A DNA stretch of 64,000 nt. It comes from a virus. The notes beneath the pieces are model-generated. The model saw nothing but the letters and a program-made list of their open reading frames with translations. It searched no databases and had not been told where the DNA came from. This document shows positions 46,105 through 54,645 of the stretch, piece by piece (the stretch's first letter is position 1; every line of letters starts with the position of its first letter). The stretch lies in the IMG/VR virus record IMGVR_UViG_3300046457_000143, positions 13,935-77,934 of that record; one strand, written 5' to 3'. The position numbers and the translations under genes were made by a program.

Positions 46105-47148
46105 TCAGATCGTCAGATACTTGGCCAGCTCGCTCATCGCCTTCGTGAACGAAGGGTGCTGGCGCAGGTTCGGATGACGGACCATGGTCGAGCGGAAGAA
46201 CAGGATCCGCATCGAGATGCCGAATTCCTGCCGGTTCACGTAGGTGCACACGTCGTCGAAGTTCACGACGTTGATGTTTTCCATCAGGTGAGCGATGGTC
46301 GCCCACTTGGATGAAGCCGAGTCCGGGATGCGGAGATTCTTCGGATCCTTGACCACCATATCGATGGTGACCAGATCCTTCCACACGTTGGCGAACGTGA
46401 TGAACTCGGTGGCAATGCCGCTGGTGAGCGCACCGGTGAGGAGCGGCGCCTTGTCGGTCAGGTCGCCCTGATAGTTCGGCAGCTGGCACAGGCTGTTCAC
46501 GAACTCCCAGGTACGCGGACAGGCGAAGGTCTTCTCCGTGTGCGACGGGTTGAAGTCCATCAGCTTGTTCTCGAACTGCGACAGGAAGCCGATGATGCGC
46601 TGGTCGTAGTTGTTGGCGAACGCGACATCGTAGAGCCACTCCTGGAAGTTCACTTCCAGCTCCAGATGCACGACACGGCTTTGCATGGCCGTGCTGATCT
46701 GGTTGACGATCGCCCGGTCGGTGGACAGGTTGCCCGCTGCCGTGATCACGCAGTTCGGGTGCAGCTTGAACTGGCCGACCATGCGGTCGAGCACCAGCTT
46801 GTAGGCCGCAGCCTGCACGCTCTTGGCCGATGAGTTGAATTCATCGAGAAAGAGCATCCAGCCAGCGAAGTCCTTCGGCACCGGCGTGTCTTCCAGCGGG
46901 AAGAGATCCTTGAACGGGAGAAACTGCGCAAACCCGTCGTGAAAGCGGGGCAGTCCGGAGAGATCTTCCGGAGCCGAGGTGGAGAGCCGGTGGTCGATGA
47001 CCTTCAGATCGAAGTCCTTGGCCACCAGCTTCATGATGCTGGACTTGCCTACGCCCGGCGATGCGGTGACGAAGGGGACCAGTCCAGCTTGCAGTGCGTC
47101 AGCGATAAAGCTGCGGAGTTGACGGGGTGAACAACGATATGCGTCCAT
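46105..47148 (-). CDS. MoxR-type AAA+ ATPase (N4 gp24-like)
   Basis: SPGVGKS, LFLDEFN, AAGN, CPRTW motifs; partner of the vWA gene. Confidence 0.88.
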   Translation of the reverse strand: MDAYRCSPRQLRSFIADALQAGLVPFVTASPGVGKSSIMKLVAKDFDLKVIDHRLSTSAPEDLSGLPRFHDGFAQFLPFKDLFPLEDTPVPKDFAGWMLFLDEFNSSAKSVQAAAYKLVLDRMVGQFKLHPNCVITAAGNLSTDRAIVNQISTAMQSRVVHLELEVNFQEWLYDVAFANNYDQRIIGFLSQFENKLMDFNPSHTEKTFACPRTWEFVNSLCQLPNYQGDLTDKAPLLTGALTSGIATEFITFANVWKDLVTIDMVVKDPKNLRIPDSASSKWATIAHLMENINVVNFDDVCTYVNRQEFGISMRILFFRSTMVRHPNLRQHPSFTKAMSELAKYLTI

Positions 47149-47162
47149 GCCTTCCAGGTTCC

Positions 47163-47807
47163 TTATTGTGCGACCTCCGTGCGCAGAACCTTGCCGGCGT
47201 GGATCGCCTGGCACAGCTCGTCATAGGCTGCCAGGAGTTTTTCCTGGGTCAGCTCACGGAAGTCAGAAATTGTTTTCTCAGGCATGAAATCAGCGATTCC
47301 AAACCTTCCTCGGGCCTTCAGTCGGACTGAGTCGCCCCAAAAAACCGGCATGACAGGTGCAATCAGACGGGTGTCACGACATCGCGTGACTGCCTCCATC
47401 CAGCGATCTGCCAGCCAGTGCTGCTCATTGGTCCATCGCCACTCCGGGTGCTGCTCGAGAGTGAGTCGGTGAAAGAAACACACCTCGACGTTGTGCAACC
47501 AGTCGATCTGACCTTCACCACAGGTGGACTGAACGAGGTATTCATTGCCCCGACAGGTCACACGGACCTGCTTGAGCCATCCCATACGGAACTCCAGGCG
47601 CCGGTGACCCGAGATCAGGAGCAGGTCTCCTTTCCTCAGTACGTCATCGCCGCCTGCGAGATCCAGGGAAACAAAGCCGGTGTGCGTCCCAAAGGTACGG
47701 GGCGTCTCCGATGCAGCATTGGCCATCCCATGAATCCGGGAGACACAGAACTGCAGCAGATAGTCCGTGATCATCTGGTGCGAAATGTCGTGGTGGCAGC
47801 GGTTCAC
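47163..47807 (-). CDS. Hypothetical protein
   Basis: 214-aa ORF, GTG start after AAGGAG. Confidence 0.6.
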   Translation of the reverse strand: MNRCHHDISHQMITDYLLQFCVSRIHGMANAASETPRTFGTHTGFVSLDLAGGDDVLRKGDLLLISGHRRLEFRMGWLKQVRVTCRGNEYLVQSTCGEGQIDWLHNVEVCFFHRLTLEQHPEWRWTNEQHWLADRWMEAVTRCRDTRLIAPVMPVFWGDSVRLKARGRFGIADFMPEKTISDFRELTQEKLLAAYDELCQAIHAGKVLRTEVAQ

Positions 47808-47912
47808 GTTAGGACTCCTTGTTTGTCATGGCACAAATGGTGCCATAGCAATCTTCGAACCCAATGTGTGCTGTCACACATTCACACTGTTCACTCCATC
47901 TGACACCACAGA

Positions 47913-48122
47913 TCAGTAGTTCCCATCCAGCAGGATGTGGGCAGCTGCCTTCGACAGATTGACATTGACTATCTCATCCATCGGAAGTGTCTGATGCAAA
48001 CCCAGTTTGGCCAGCTCAGCTTCGAGCATCTCTTTGGCTTCTGCCTGCGTGGATGCCACCATGACGGCAGCAGTACCCACCGGCCAAAAGCCTTTGAACC
48101 CCGTACAGGTGTATAGCTTCAT
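47913..48122 (-). CDS. Hypothetical protein
   Basis: FKGFWPVGTAAV...ILLDGNY; overlap-coupled. Confidence 0.65.
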   Translation of the reverse strand: MKLYTCTGFKGFWPVGTAAVMVASTQAEAKEMLEAELAKLGLHQTLPMDEIVNVNLSKAAAHILLDGNY

Positions 48123-48496
48123 AGGTCACTCACGTCCTTGGCGAGCAGCTTTTCCTTCGTCAGCATATCCAGAGGACTGTCCCCGCCGTTGTAGTAGATG
48201 CAGTTGTAGGGCTGGATCGTGGTGAGATCCAGATCGAAGCCGCTGGCCGCTGCCAGCTCGATGAACTGTTTAAGACCTTGCGGAGCCAGGGAGCCGAGAT
48301 GCAGCCCGTAGATGTTCTCGCGCTCACTCAGCGACTTGTTCGAGTTGTAGTCGACATAGAGCAGCGTGCCGTCATAGGTGACGGACAGTTCGCTCTTTTC
48401 GTTCCATAGGTTCTCGTTCGCTTCCTCGCTTTCTTCCTCGCTCAGAGGCTTCAGCAGGACGGCGACGAAGCCGTACTGACGCACTGTGCTGCTCAT
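48119..48496 (-). CDS. Hypothetical protein
   Basis: 125-aa ORF, ATGA-coupled. Confidence 0.65.
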   Translation of the reverse strand: MSSTVRQYGFVAVLLKPLSEEESEEANENLWNEKSELSVTYDGTLLYVDYNSNKSLSERENIYGLHLGSLAPQGLKQFIELAAASGFDLDLTTIQPYNCIYYNGGDSPLDMLTKEKLLAKDVSDL

Positions 48497-48852
48497 ACCT
48501 TCTCCTTGGCTCGGCTGGCTCGCCGGCGTTGATTCTTCAGATGGGAAACCAGCTCCAGGTGAACTGGGTTACAGCAGAGCCGGTGGAAACACAGGTGATC
48601 GATCTGCTTCTTGCCGGGGATGTAGCCGAAGTAGTGGGTGTACACCACGAGGTGCACAGCCACGGTCTGCCCATTCAGGGACATGCGGCCGTAACCACCG
48701 CCCTTCCCTTCCCCGCTTGTCGGCCCTTGCCAGATGTGGCAGGGACTGGGCATGCCGTCGACCTCGAAGCCCATGTCCACCACCAGCACCCGCTCCATGA
48801 TCCGTTCGATGATGGAGACCCGGCGCTCGGTCTGTGGAGCCAGGGTGCTCAT
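48493..48852 (-). CDS. HNH endonuclease (N4 gp22-like)
   Basis: CHIWQG, GYGRM, IDHLCFHRLCCNPVHLELVSH. Confidence 0.85.
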   Translation of the reverse strand: MSTLAPQTERRVSIIERIMERVLVVDMGFEVDGMPSPCHIWQGPTSGEGKGGGYGRMSLNGQTVAVHLVVYTHYFGYIPGKKQIDHLCFHRLCCNPVHLELVSHLKNQRRRASRAKEKV

Positions 48853-49199
48853 CGCCGGATACCCTCCTCCCACTGTCTGGCCAGGTGATTCAGCCAGCGA
48901 CGCCGGAAGGCCTGCACGTTCACCGTATTGAGCAGCTGATTGTCGATCCCGATGCGCTGCAGGTAGCAGTGGACGGTGCAACCCTCAGGCAGGCGAGACT
49001 CCACGATCCGGGTAGCCGCAAAAGCCTGGGCAGGGGAAATACGACCCAGCTGCTTTGCTCTTGCTATCGCATGGCAGATGAACCCTTCGGCACCATCCAA
49101 GGAGCCTGTGCCACTCCACAGGAACTTCTTCGCTTCGCGGAACGGGTTGCCCGTGGTGAAGTCCGGCCCGTAGAGCTGTGTCATGTTCATCGTTTCCAC
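48849..49199 (-). CDS. Hypothetical protein (paralog of 49957-50265)
   Basis: Shares LW.G, ICHAI and R..WL.HLA..W..G.RR. Confidence 0.65.
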   Translation of the reverse strand: METMNMTQLYGPDFTTGNPFREAKKFLWSGTGSLDGAEGFICHAIARAKQLGRISPAQAFAATRIVESRLPEGCTVHCYLQRIGIDNQLLNTVNVQAFRRRWLNHLARQWEEGIRR

Positions 49200-49210
49200 C
49201 TTGAGGACTC

Positions 49211-49960
49211 CTATATGTCACGCATAAAGAATTGATGGATGACGCTGTTCAGCAGACGAATGCCGATCGGTGTCTGTTCAGCCTGCTCCTGCATGCGCTG
49301 TACGATCACGCGGGATGCCACCTTGTCGTTCGTGTTCGGGTACAGCGCCTTGTACTGCTGGTACAGATCAACCTTGCAGATATGCTTCTGCAATTCATCG
49401 AGGGGCACCTCATCCGTGCAGAACACGAGCGGTACCCGGCCGATGAACTCCGTGCGCAGACCTGCATCCTTCAGCCCCTGCAGGCTGTCGATGCGCTGGT
49501 TGCTGTAGGCGCCGGCGAAGATGAACAGCGAGTTGTCGATCCGGAACGGCTCGTACTTGCCGTAGTCCGTGAAGATCGACGTGTACTTGCTCTCCAGCGC
49601 GGTCAGGAACTCGTCCTGCACCATCGAGCGGTACGACTCGGTCTGCTCGCCGTTGCGCTGGAACAGCTTGTCGAACTCGTCGACGAAGATGATGTTCGGC
49701 GTCGTCCACGTCTCACGCAGCTTGCGCAGTGCCTTCGACAGACTGTTGCCCGACAGGCCTTCGGCGGTGAGACCGGCTGCGTTCACTTCGATGACCGGCA
49801 GCTTGTATTCCTTGGCGACCTGGCCGATCAGATACGTCTTGCCCGAGCCAGATGGACCAGTGAAATGGAAGTGCGGCCGGATCGCCGCTTCCGATTCATG
49901 GAACACGCGCATGATGTGGTCGAGCTGGCGCACGACCCGTTCTTGTTGCGGGAATATCAC
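49211..49960 (-). CDS. ClpX/HslU-like AAA+ ATPase
   Basis: GPSGSGKT, IFVDEFDKL, LFIFAGAY, EFIGRVP; GTG start coupled to the upstream stop. Confidence 0.8.
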   Translation of the reverse strand: MIFPQQERVVRQLDHIMRVFHESEAAIRPHFHFTGPSGSGKTYLIGQVAKEYKLPVIEVNAAGLTAEGLSGNSLSKALRKLRETWTTPNIIFVDEFDKLFQRNGEQTESYRSMVQDEFLTALESKYTSIFTDYGKYEPFRIDNSLFIFAGAYSNQRIDSLQGLKDAGLRTEFIGRVPLVFCTDEVPLDELQKHICKVDLYQQYKALYPNTNDKVASRVIVQRMQEQAEQTPIGIRLLNSVIHQFFMRDI

Positions 49961-50265
49961 CTTCTCTCTCCTTGGTTCCATTTGGCCGCAAGGTGGGCCA
50001 ACCAAAGAAAGCGATGGCCTTGGATGGCCAGGTCGTTGATGTCGCCCAGAAGCACGCCCGCCTCGTTGCACAGCCAGCCTTCGAGGGTCTTGTGGCCTTC
50101 GAGGCGGTTGTGAATCATCGTGCGCGAGAGTGCGCTCTCTTCCTGTGTGATGCTGCCCAGCTTCTCTGCCGCCATGATGGCGTGGCAGATGTAGATCTCT
50201 TTACCCTTGATCGGGTAATTGCCGTCCCAGAGGTGGGCTAGAGCGGCATCAAAAGGAGTGGTCAT
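49957..50265 (-). CDS. Hypothetical protein (paralog of 48849-49199)
   Basis: AAGGA RBS; motifs shared with 48849-49199. Confidence 0.65.
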   Translation of the reverse strand: MTTPFDAALAHLWDGNYPIKGKEIYICHAIMAAEKLGSITQEESALSRTMIHNRLEGHKTLEGWLCNEAGVLLGDINDLAIQGHRFLWLAHLAAKWNQGERR

Positions 50266-50611
50266 TTTTTCCTTCTTATTACAGTGGGGGCACAACCTGC
50301 TTACAACTGAGGGCGTGATTTTGCCCAGGTCACCCTAAAGAGTAAACGGGTTGCATGAAATATTTTTAGTGGTAACTTTGAGGTCACACTTTGATTGAAG
50401 CGTTTGCTGGAAAAACCACCAAATACCCTCTTTGTTCGTGCTATTGAGCTGGATTGTTGCTACGGAAGCCAACAAAATCTTCACACAATAGAACTATGTT
50501 TGTGGAAGTCATCCGGACCTAATAAGGAACGGATGACGTAGGGGCCGGAACGCGCGTAATGCTATTGACAGTGTAATTATTACGTCACCTGACAATTGTC
50601 CTTTGCAGTAT

Positions 50612-51877
50612 TCAGCTCAGTGCGTACTCGGTGTCCGGGATTTCCTTCCACATCTCGGCATCGAGCGGCATGACCTTCAGGTCGTTACGCTCCAGGATCT
50701 GACGCAGCAGGAACTGCAGCATCTTCGAGCGGGCCAGCAGCATCAACTGGTTGTTGTACTGCCAGCGCAGGTCATTGCCGTAGTTCGGCAGGCAGCGGAA
50801 GCAGTCGTGGATGGCCATGATCGCAAACGGCTTGGTGGGCAGCGAGAGCAGCAGCTCACGCAGCACCGCTTCGTCGATCAGGTCGATGTTGTCCACGCGC
50901 AGGTGATCCAGGATGCGGGCCGACAGGTAGCCCGACTCCAGGTACAGGTGCCAGAGCTCGAGCACCAGCTTGTCGTCAGCGTCGCTGCCGATCTCACCCT
51001 TGCCTTCCAGTGCGTCCCAGACGCGACTGATTGTCGCAGGGTCGTAGCTGCAGCGGCGCACCATCTCCCGGACGATCATCCCGTCGATCGAGTGGATGGT
51101 GTTGGCGCCGAGGGACCGGCCGCTCTCCTTGCACATGTTGACCTTGCGCTCGCAGTCGTAGGGCACGTCCATGAACTGGACGGTCTCGACTTGCGTCGCC
51201 ATGACCTTGACGTGCACATGGAAGTTGTCCGGTAGCACCCAGCTATTGACCAGCGCATCGGGATTCCACATGCCGAGGAAGGCCTTGTTGAGTTCCCATG
51301 CGGCCGGCGCCACCTCTTCCATGACTTCGTGGAAGACGTGCAGCTGGTGGCCCTCACCGAATACCTTCTTGGGCACAGCTTCGGACCCGTAGAGCGCCGT
51401 CATGATGGCGTCCTTGCAGTCGCTGCGGTTGATCTTCACCTGCGGTGCCTTCTTGTCGCCGGCCACATCTGCCAGCGTCTTCACTTCCGGGCCGCCGTTG
51501 GTGAGGCGCTCGCACATGATGTCGTAGACACCCGTATAGGCATCGGCCCGCTTGAGCACACCGTTGAGCCAGCTCGGGATGACGTTGCACAGCTCCGCGG
51601 CCTTGCGGTCGCCGGTGACGGCCGCCAGGATCTGCAGACCTGAGCTGGTCGCATCGAGCGAGATCGGGTAGCCCGACGCCTCGTTGCCGAGCATGGCCTC
51701 GTAGGCGCACACACCGGCGAAGTACAGTGCCGGCGTCTCTGCCGTGGCCAGCATTTCGTGCAGGCGGTTCTTGTGGGTCTCGAACCAGTCGAGCCGTTCT
51801 TCCCACGTCTTCTTGTCCAGGCCGTAGTTCGAGGCGATGTCGATAGCCAGATACTGTGCGCCGGTAAATTTCTGCAT
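50612..51877 (-). CDS. RNA polymerase II subunit 2 (N4 gp16, RNAP2)
   Basis: T7-like motifs LDATSSGLQ (A), RSDCKDAIMTALYGS (B), ANTIHSIDG, IHDCF (C). Confidence 0.95.
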   Translation of the reverse strand: MQKFTGAQYLAIDIASNYGLDKKTWEERLDWFETHKNRLHEMLATAETPALYFAGVCAYEAMLGNEASGYPISLDATSSGLQILAAVTGDRKAAELCNVIPSWLNGVLKRADAYTGVYDIMCERLTNGGPEVKTLADVAGDKKAPQVKINRSDCKDAIMTALYGSEAVPKKVFGEGHQLHVFHEVMEEVAPAAWELNKAFLGMWNPDALVNSWVLPDNFHVHVKVMATQVETVQFMDVPYDCERKVNMCKESGRSLGANTIHSIDGMIVREMVRRCSYDPATISRVWDALEGKGEIGSDADDKLVLELWHLYLESGYLSARILDHLRVDNIDLIDEAVLRELLLSLPTKPFAIMAIHDCFRCLPNYGNDLRWQYNNQLMLLARSKMLQFLLRQILERNDLKVMPLDAEMWKEIPDTEYALS

Positions 51878-51899
51878 GGTTGACTCCAGGGTAAAAGAC

Positions 51900-51938
51900 C
51901 AAAAGAAAAAGCCGCCAGGATTGCTCCATGGCGGCTTT
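51900..51938 (-). terminator. Intrinsic terminator after the tRNA-like element
   Basis: AAAGCCGCCA...GCAA...TGGCGGCTTTTTCTTTT. Confidence 0.8.
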
Positions 51939-51947
51939 GCGTATTAC

Positions 51948-52034
51948 GGTGGACGGAGGTGGGAGTTGCACCCACATACCTGATGAGCATCCGAAGATGC
52001 CCCCCTGCCTCTGCTGTTTGAGCTATCCCCGTCC
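51948..52034 (-). ncRNA. tRNA-like RNA lacking a canonical anticodon loop
   Basis: 8-bp acceptor GGACGGGG/CTCCGTCC plus ACC, TAGCTCA D-arm, T-arm GTGGG-TGCAACT-CCCAC; middle arm is GGGCATC-TTCG-GATGCTC. Confidence 0.65.
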
Positions 52035-52039
52035 GTTAA

Positions 52040-52306
52040 CTATTTCCGATACCGGGCCAGCATCTCCCGGATCTGCTGCATGTTCAGTGTGTCGACACTG
52101 CCCACATTCACCGGCGGGAATGGCCGGGCTGCATCAATCTTCTGCAGGCGCTTGATGATGGGCTGGATCTTCCGCTGGTAGTCCTGATGCAGCTCGTTGA
52201 GGATCCACCTGAGCTCTGCTTCCTCGGACTCGAACCGGGGCAGATCGGGGATGAATCCACCCTCCTCTTCCTGGCTCAAAATCCTGCCCCTCCCTTGGGC
52301 ATGCAC
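52040..52306 (-). CDS. Hypothetical protein
   Basis: Open frame between the neighbouring gene and the tRNA-like RNA; start uncertain. Confidence 0.5.
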   Translation of the reverse strand: MHAQGRGRILSQEEEGGFIPDLPRFESEEAELRWILNELHQDYQRKIQPIIKRLQKIDAARPFPPVNVGSVDTLNMQQIREMLARYRK

Positions 52307-52461
52307 TTGGTCACGGCGTCACCACCCGTGGCTACAGCAGCCTGACGTGTAGCGCCAGCCAGTGCGGTGCAGGCAGCCTGCGAGTCAGTCTCCTGGAACT
52401 GGACGGCGGTGCCGCCGCTCAGGTGGGTGGCAACGACCAGTACCCATGCTGCTGTGCTCAT
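52276..52461 (-). CDS. Small exported protein with two Cys
   Basis: Hydrophobic N-terminus AAWVLVVA; GAGG RBS; ATGA-coupled. Confidence 0.55.
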   Translation of the reverse strand: MSTAAWVLVVATHLSGGTAVQFQETDSQAACTALAGATRQAAVATGGDAVTKCMPKGGAGF

Positions 52462-52721
52462 TGTGTGTTCCTCATCTGGTTGATCATGTCTTCGAGTTGA
52501 TGGATTTTCTGCTGCATGGCGTCAAACCGCTGGTTGACGCTTGCGTCCTGCTGGGCACGGTCGCCTGCGTAGTGCAGCACGAGTCCCATGCCGCCTTCGA
52601 GCGAGCTGACCTGCCCGCCCAGGCGCACGTACTGCTCACGTACCTCGGCACGGAAGGAGCGCTGCTCCTCCTGTATGCGGGTGAGCATTTCCTTGATGAA
52701 CGTCATGTCCGGATCAGCCAT
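52458..52721 (-). CDS. Small coiled-coil protein
   Basis: 87 aa with heptad pattern; GGAG RBS overlapped by a DnaA box. Confidence 0.6.
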   Translation of the reverse strand: MADPDMTFIKEMLTRIQEEQRSFRAEVREQYVRLGGQVSSLEGGMGLVLHYAGDRAQQDASVNQRFDAMQQKIHQLEDMINQMRNTQ

Positions 52722-52730
52722 TGTGGATAA
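52722..52730 (-). promoter_or_regulatory. DnaA box
   Basis: Perfect TTATCCACA adjacent to the iteron cluster. Confidence 0.75.
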
Positions 52731-52736
52731 CTCCCT

Positions 52737-52898
52737 GGATGCCCATCACGGGTGATGGTTAATTTAGGTAGATGTCCATCATGGGTGAGGGACATTTCAC
52801 GTTTACGGGACCGGATTGTCCCTCATGGGTGATGGGTAATCTGCTAGATAGCCATCACTGGTGAGGGGCATCTCCGAGATAACCATCATGGGTGATGG
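52737..52898. repeat. Five iteron-like palindromic repeats (putative plasmid origin)
   Basis: CCMTCAY(G/T)GGTGAKGG at 52743, 52776, 52820, 52852, 52883, each preceded by RGAT; spacing 33/44/32/31 bp. Confidence 0.85.
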
Positions 52899-52930
52899 CC
52901 ATTTTTTCCCTCTATATAAGGTTTAGATGT

Positions 52931-53584
52931 TTACAGATCTTCTTCAGACTGGGTGATCGGCAAGTCGATGTTCCTGAGCTTGAGGATGCCTCTTATTTGA
53001 GCAATAGCTTCCTGCGACACCGTGCCCTGCCCAGGTGCAGGGGCAATGACCACGTTGTTCTGCACATTGTTGTCGCCCACCTGCACGTTCACGTTGTACA
53101 TGTTGACGATCACAGTCGCTGGGAGGGGCTGTCCGGCCTTCACACGGGCACGGGCCTCCTCCAGCTGTGCCCCGGTCTCCCGAGGCCTGTAATCACCGAA
53201 CTGGAGCTCTCCTACGGCGTCCTGTGACCTGCGATCCCGTAGCCATACCTTTTCTTTGAAGGTGTATTCCGTCATACGTTTGTCAGCATCCCGGCTGGTG
53301 GGCCGGCCACGCTCGACGAGTCCGAGCTCCACCAGGTGCCTGAGCGCCCTTTCGACCGTCGGCACGCTGATGTTCAGGCGGCTGGCGATCTCCGGCACCT
53401 TGGCCAGTGCCTTGCCGTCGTCGAGGCTCGTGTAGGTCTTGAGCATGACGTAAACGGCAATACCATTGACGCCCATCTTGTCCAGCGGCGCTCCGCGCAG
53501 CACATGGACCCAGAGCAGGTTCACATCCAGCTCATCCCAGAGCTGGCCCTGTGAGACAGTTGGACCTGGTAGTTGACGGTTCAT
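52931..53584 (-). CDS. Winged-HTH protein, probable plasmid replication initiator
   Basis: AVYVMLK...VPEIASRLNISVPTVERALRHLVELGLVER (HTH_36-like); last gene of the par operon, adjacent to iterons and DnaA box. Confidence 0.7.
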   Translation of the reverse strand: MNRQLPGPTVSQGQLWDELDVNLLWVHVLRGAPLDKMGVNGIAVYVMLKTYTSLDDGKALAKVPEIASRLNISVPTVERALRHLVELGLVERGRPTSRDADKRMTEYTFKEKVWLRDRRSQDAVGELQFGDYRPRETGAQLEEARARVKAGQPLPATVIVNMYNVNVQVGDNNVQNNVVIAPAPGQGTVSQEAIAQIRGILKLRNIDLPITQSEEDL

Positions 53585-53910
53585 CAGTACCCTTCCTTCT
53601 CCGCCTGGGCGATCAGCCGGTCGGCTTCCTTTTCAAGGGTAGTGTTAACGAAGTCCTTGATGGTGTCGATCTTGTCCCAGCCCTTCAGGGTCTCGATCTT
53701 CTTGGCCAGCCGCTTGGTGATCTCGTAGTTCGCCTTGTGCGGTTCTTCCATGCCCGGTGCCAGCCAGGTGCGCTTCTTTCCTTGGTGGCTTGCTTCCAAG
53801 GCTACTTCCTTCCTTGGTTCCAAGGCTACCGGGGCTTCATGGCTGGGGCCGGCAGGCTTGGCCGACCCGGCGCGTGCGAGATTCAGACTGGAGAAGTGCT
53901 GCTTAGACAT
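53584..53910 (-). CDS. ParG-like ribbon-helix-helix partition adaptor
   Basis: 108 aa; disordered N-arm, C-terminal strand-helix-helix KANYEI-TKRLAKKIETLK-TIKDFVNTTLEKE; overlaps the parA stop. Confidence 0.7.
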   Translation of the reverse strand: MSKQHFSSLNLARAGSAKPAGPSHEAPVALEPRKEVALEASHQGKKRTWLAPGMEEPHKANYEITKRLAKKIETLKGWDKIDTIKDFVNTTLEKEADRLIAQAEKEGY

Positions 53911-54541
53911 GGGCGGGCCTCCGCTCGATACGGTCCACGATGAACTGCGCCATCTTCTGCACGTTGATGGACGGGGTGCCTTTGTAGAACTCGGTGATCC
54001 CCTGCCCGGCAGCCAGTGCCTGCCAGTAGCGGTTGCTCTTCGGGATGTGGCCGGGGATGACCGGCCCGACTTCCGCGAGCTTGTCCCGTGCCTGCTTGGC
54101 GACAGCCTGCCCGTTGGTCTCGTTGAGCAGGAAGATGAACTTCTTGTTCTCCTGGTCGCACAGATCCACCGTGGGCATGACGGCTTTCAGGTCGCCTACG
54201 GCGTGCTTGCAGGGGATGATCACCAGGTCTGCGAGCTTGATGGCTTCGAGGTTGATCGGGGCCACCTGCGGCGGCGTGTCGATCACGCACCATTTGAAGC
54301 CGGCCTTGACCGCCTTGGCGTGTTCCTTCGTGACCGTCGTGCTCTCGTCGACGTTGATGAATGCGGGGGATTCGGAGAACTGGCTGCGCGTGTTCCACCA
54401 GCCGGCATGGGTGCCCTGACGGTCCAGGTCCATGGTCACGACTGGACCGAGCCCCATTTCTTCCAGAGCGACACACAGGTGAGCTGCGTGCAGGCTCTTG
54501 CCTACTCCGCCTTTGAGACAGGAGAAGACGACAGTCTTCAT
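53903..54541 (-). CDS. parA: ParA family partition ATPase (short, type Ib)
   Basis: Deviant Walker A KGGVGKS, A' DLDRQG, Walker B IDTPP, ADLVIIP; 212 aa, no N-terminal HTH. Confidence 0.92.
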   Translation of the reverse strand: MKTVVFSCLKGGVGKSLHAAHLCVALEEMGLGPVVTMDLDRQGTHAGWWNTRSQFSESPAFINVDESTTVTKEHAKAVKAGFKWCVIDTPPQVAPINLEAIKLADLVIIPCKHAVGDLKAVMPTVDLCDQENKKFIFLLNETNGQAVAKQARDKLAEVGPVIPGHIPKSNRYWQALAAGQGITEFYKGTPSINVQKMAQFIVDRIERRPAHV

Positions 54542-54548
54542 GGAAACT

Positions 54549-54640
54549 CCAAGTTAGGTTGGTTTCTTGGTTAACTCTAACCTTCCTTCCTTGGTTTGGA
54601 TACTTGTTAACTTGGTTCCTTGGTTACTTGTGTTTGGTAG
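54549..54640 (-). repeat. Degenerate 8-bp AACCAAGN array upstream of parA (putative centromere/operator)
   Basis: - strand reads ACACAAGT AACCAAGG AACCAAGT TAACAAGT...ACCAAGG AAGGAAGG...AACCAAGA AACCAACC. Confidence 0.7.
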
Positions 54641-54645
54641 AGTAC

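Noticed and set aside
47815-47912. tRNA-like GGTTCGA with two hairpins
   Set aside because: No acceptor or D stem could be formed
48493-48852. HNH gene as part of a mobile intron
   Set aside because: Free-standing and coupled to neighbours at a usual N4 position; no interrupted gene nearby
51978-52005. Hammerhead-like CTGATGA plus stem on the + strand
   Set aside because: The required GAAA after stem II is missing; the opposite strand gives a better tRNA-like fold
52737-52898. Possible mini-CRISPR array
   Set aside because: Repeats are only 16-22 bp and degenerate, spacers are short and uneven, no cas genes; DnaA box and Rep-like neighbour fit an origin better
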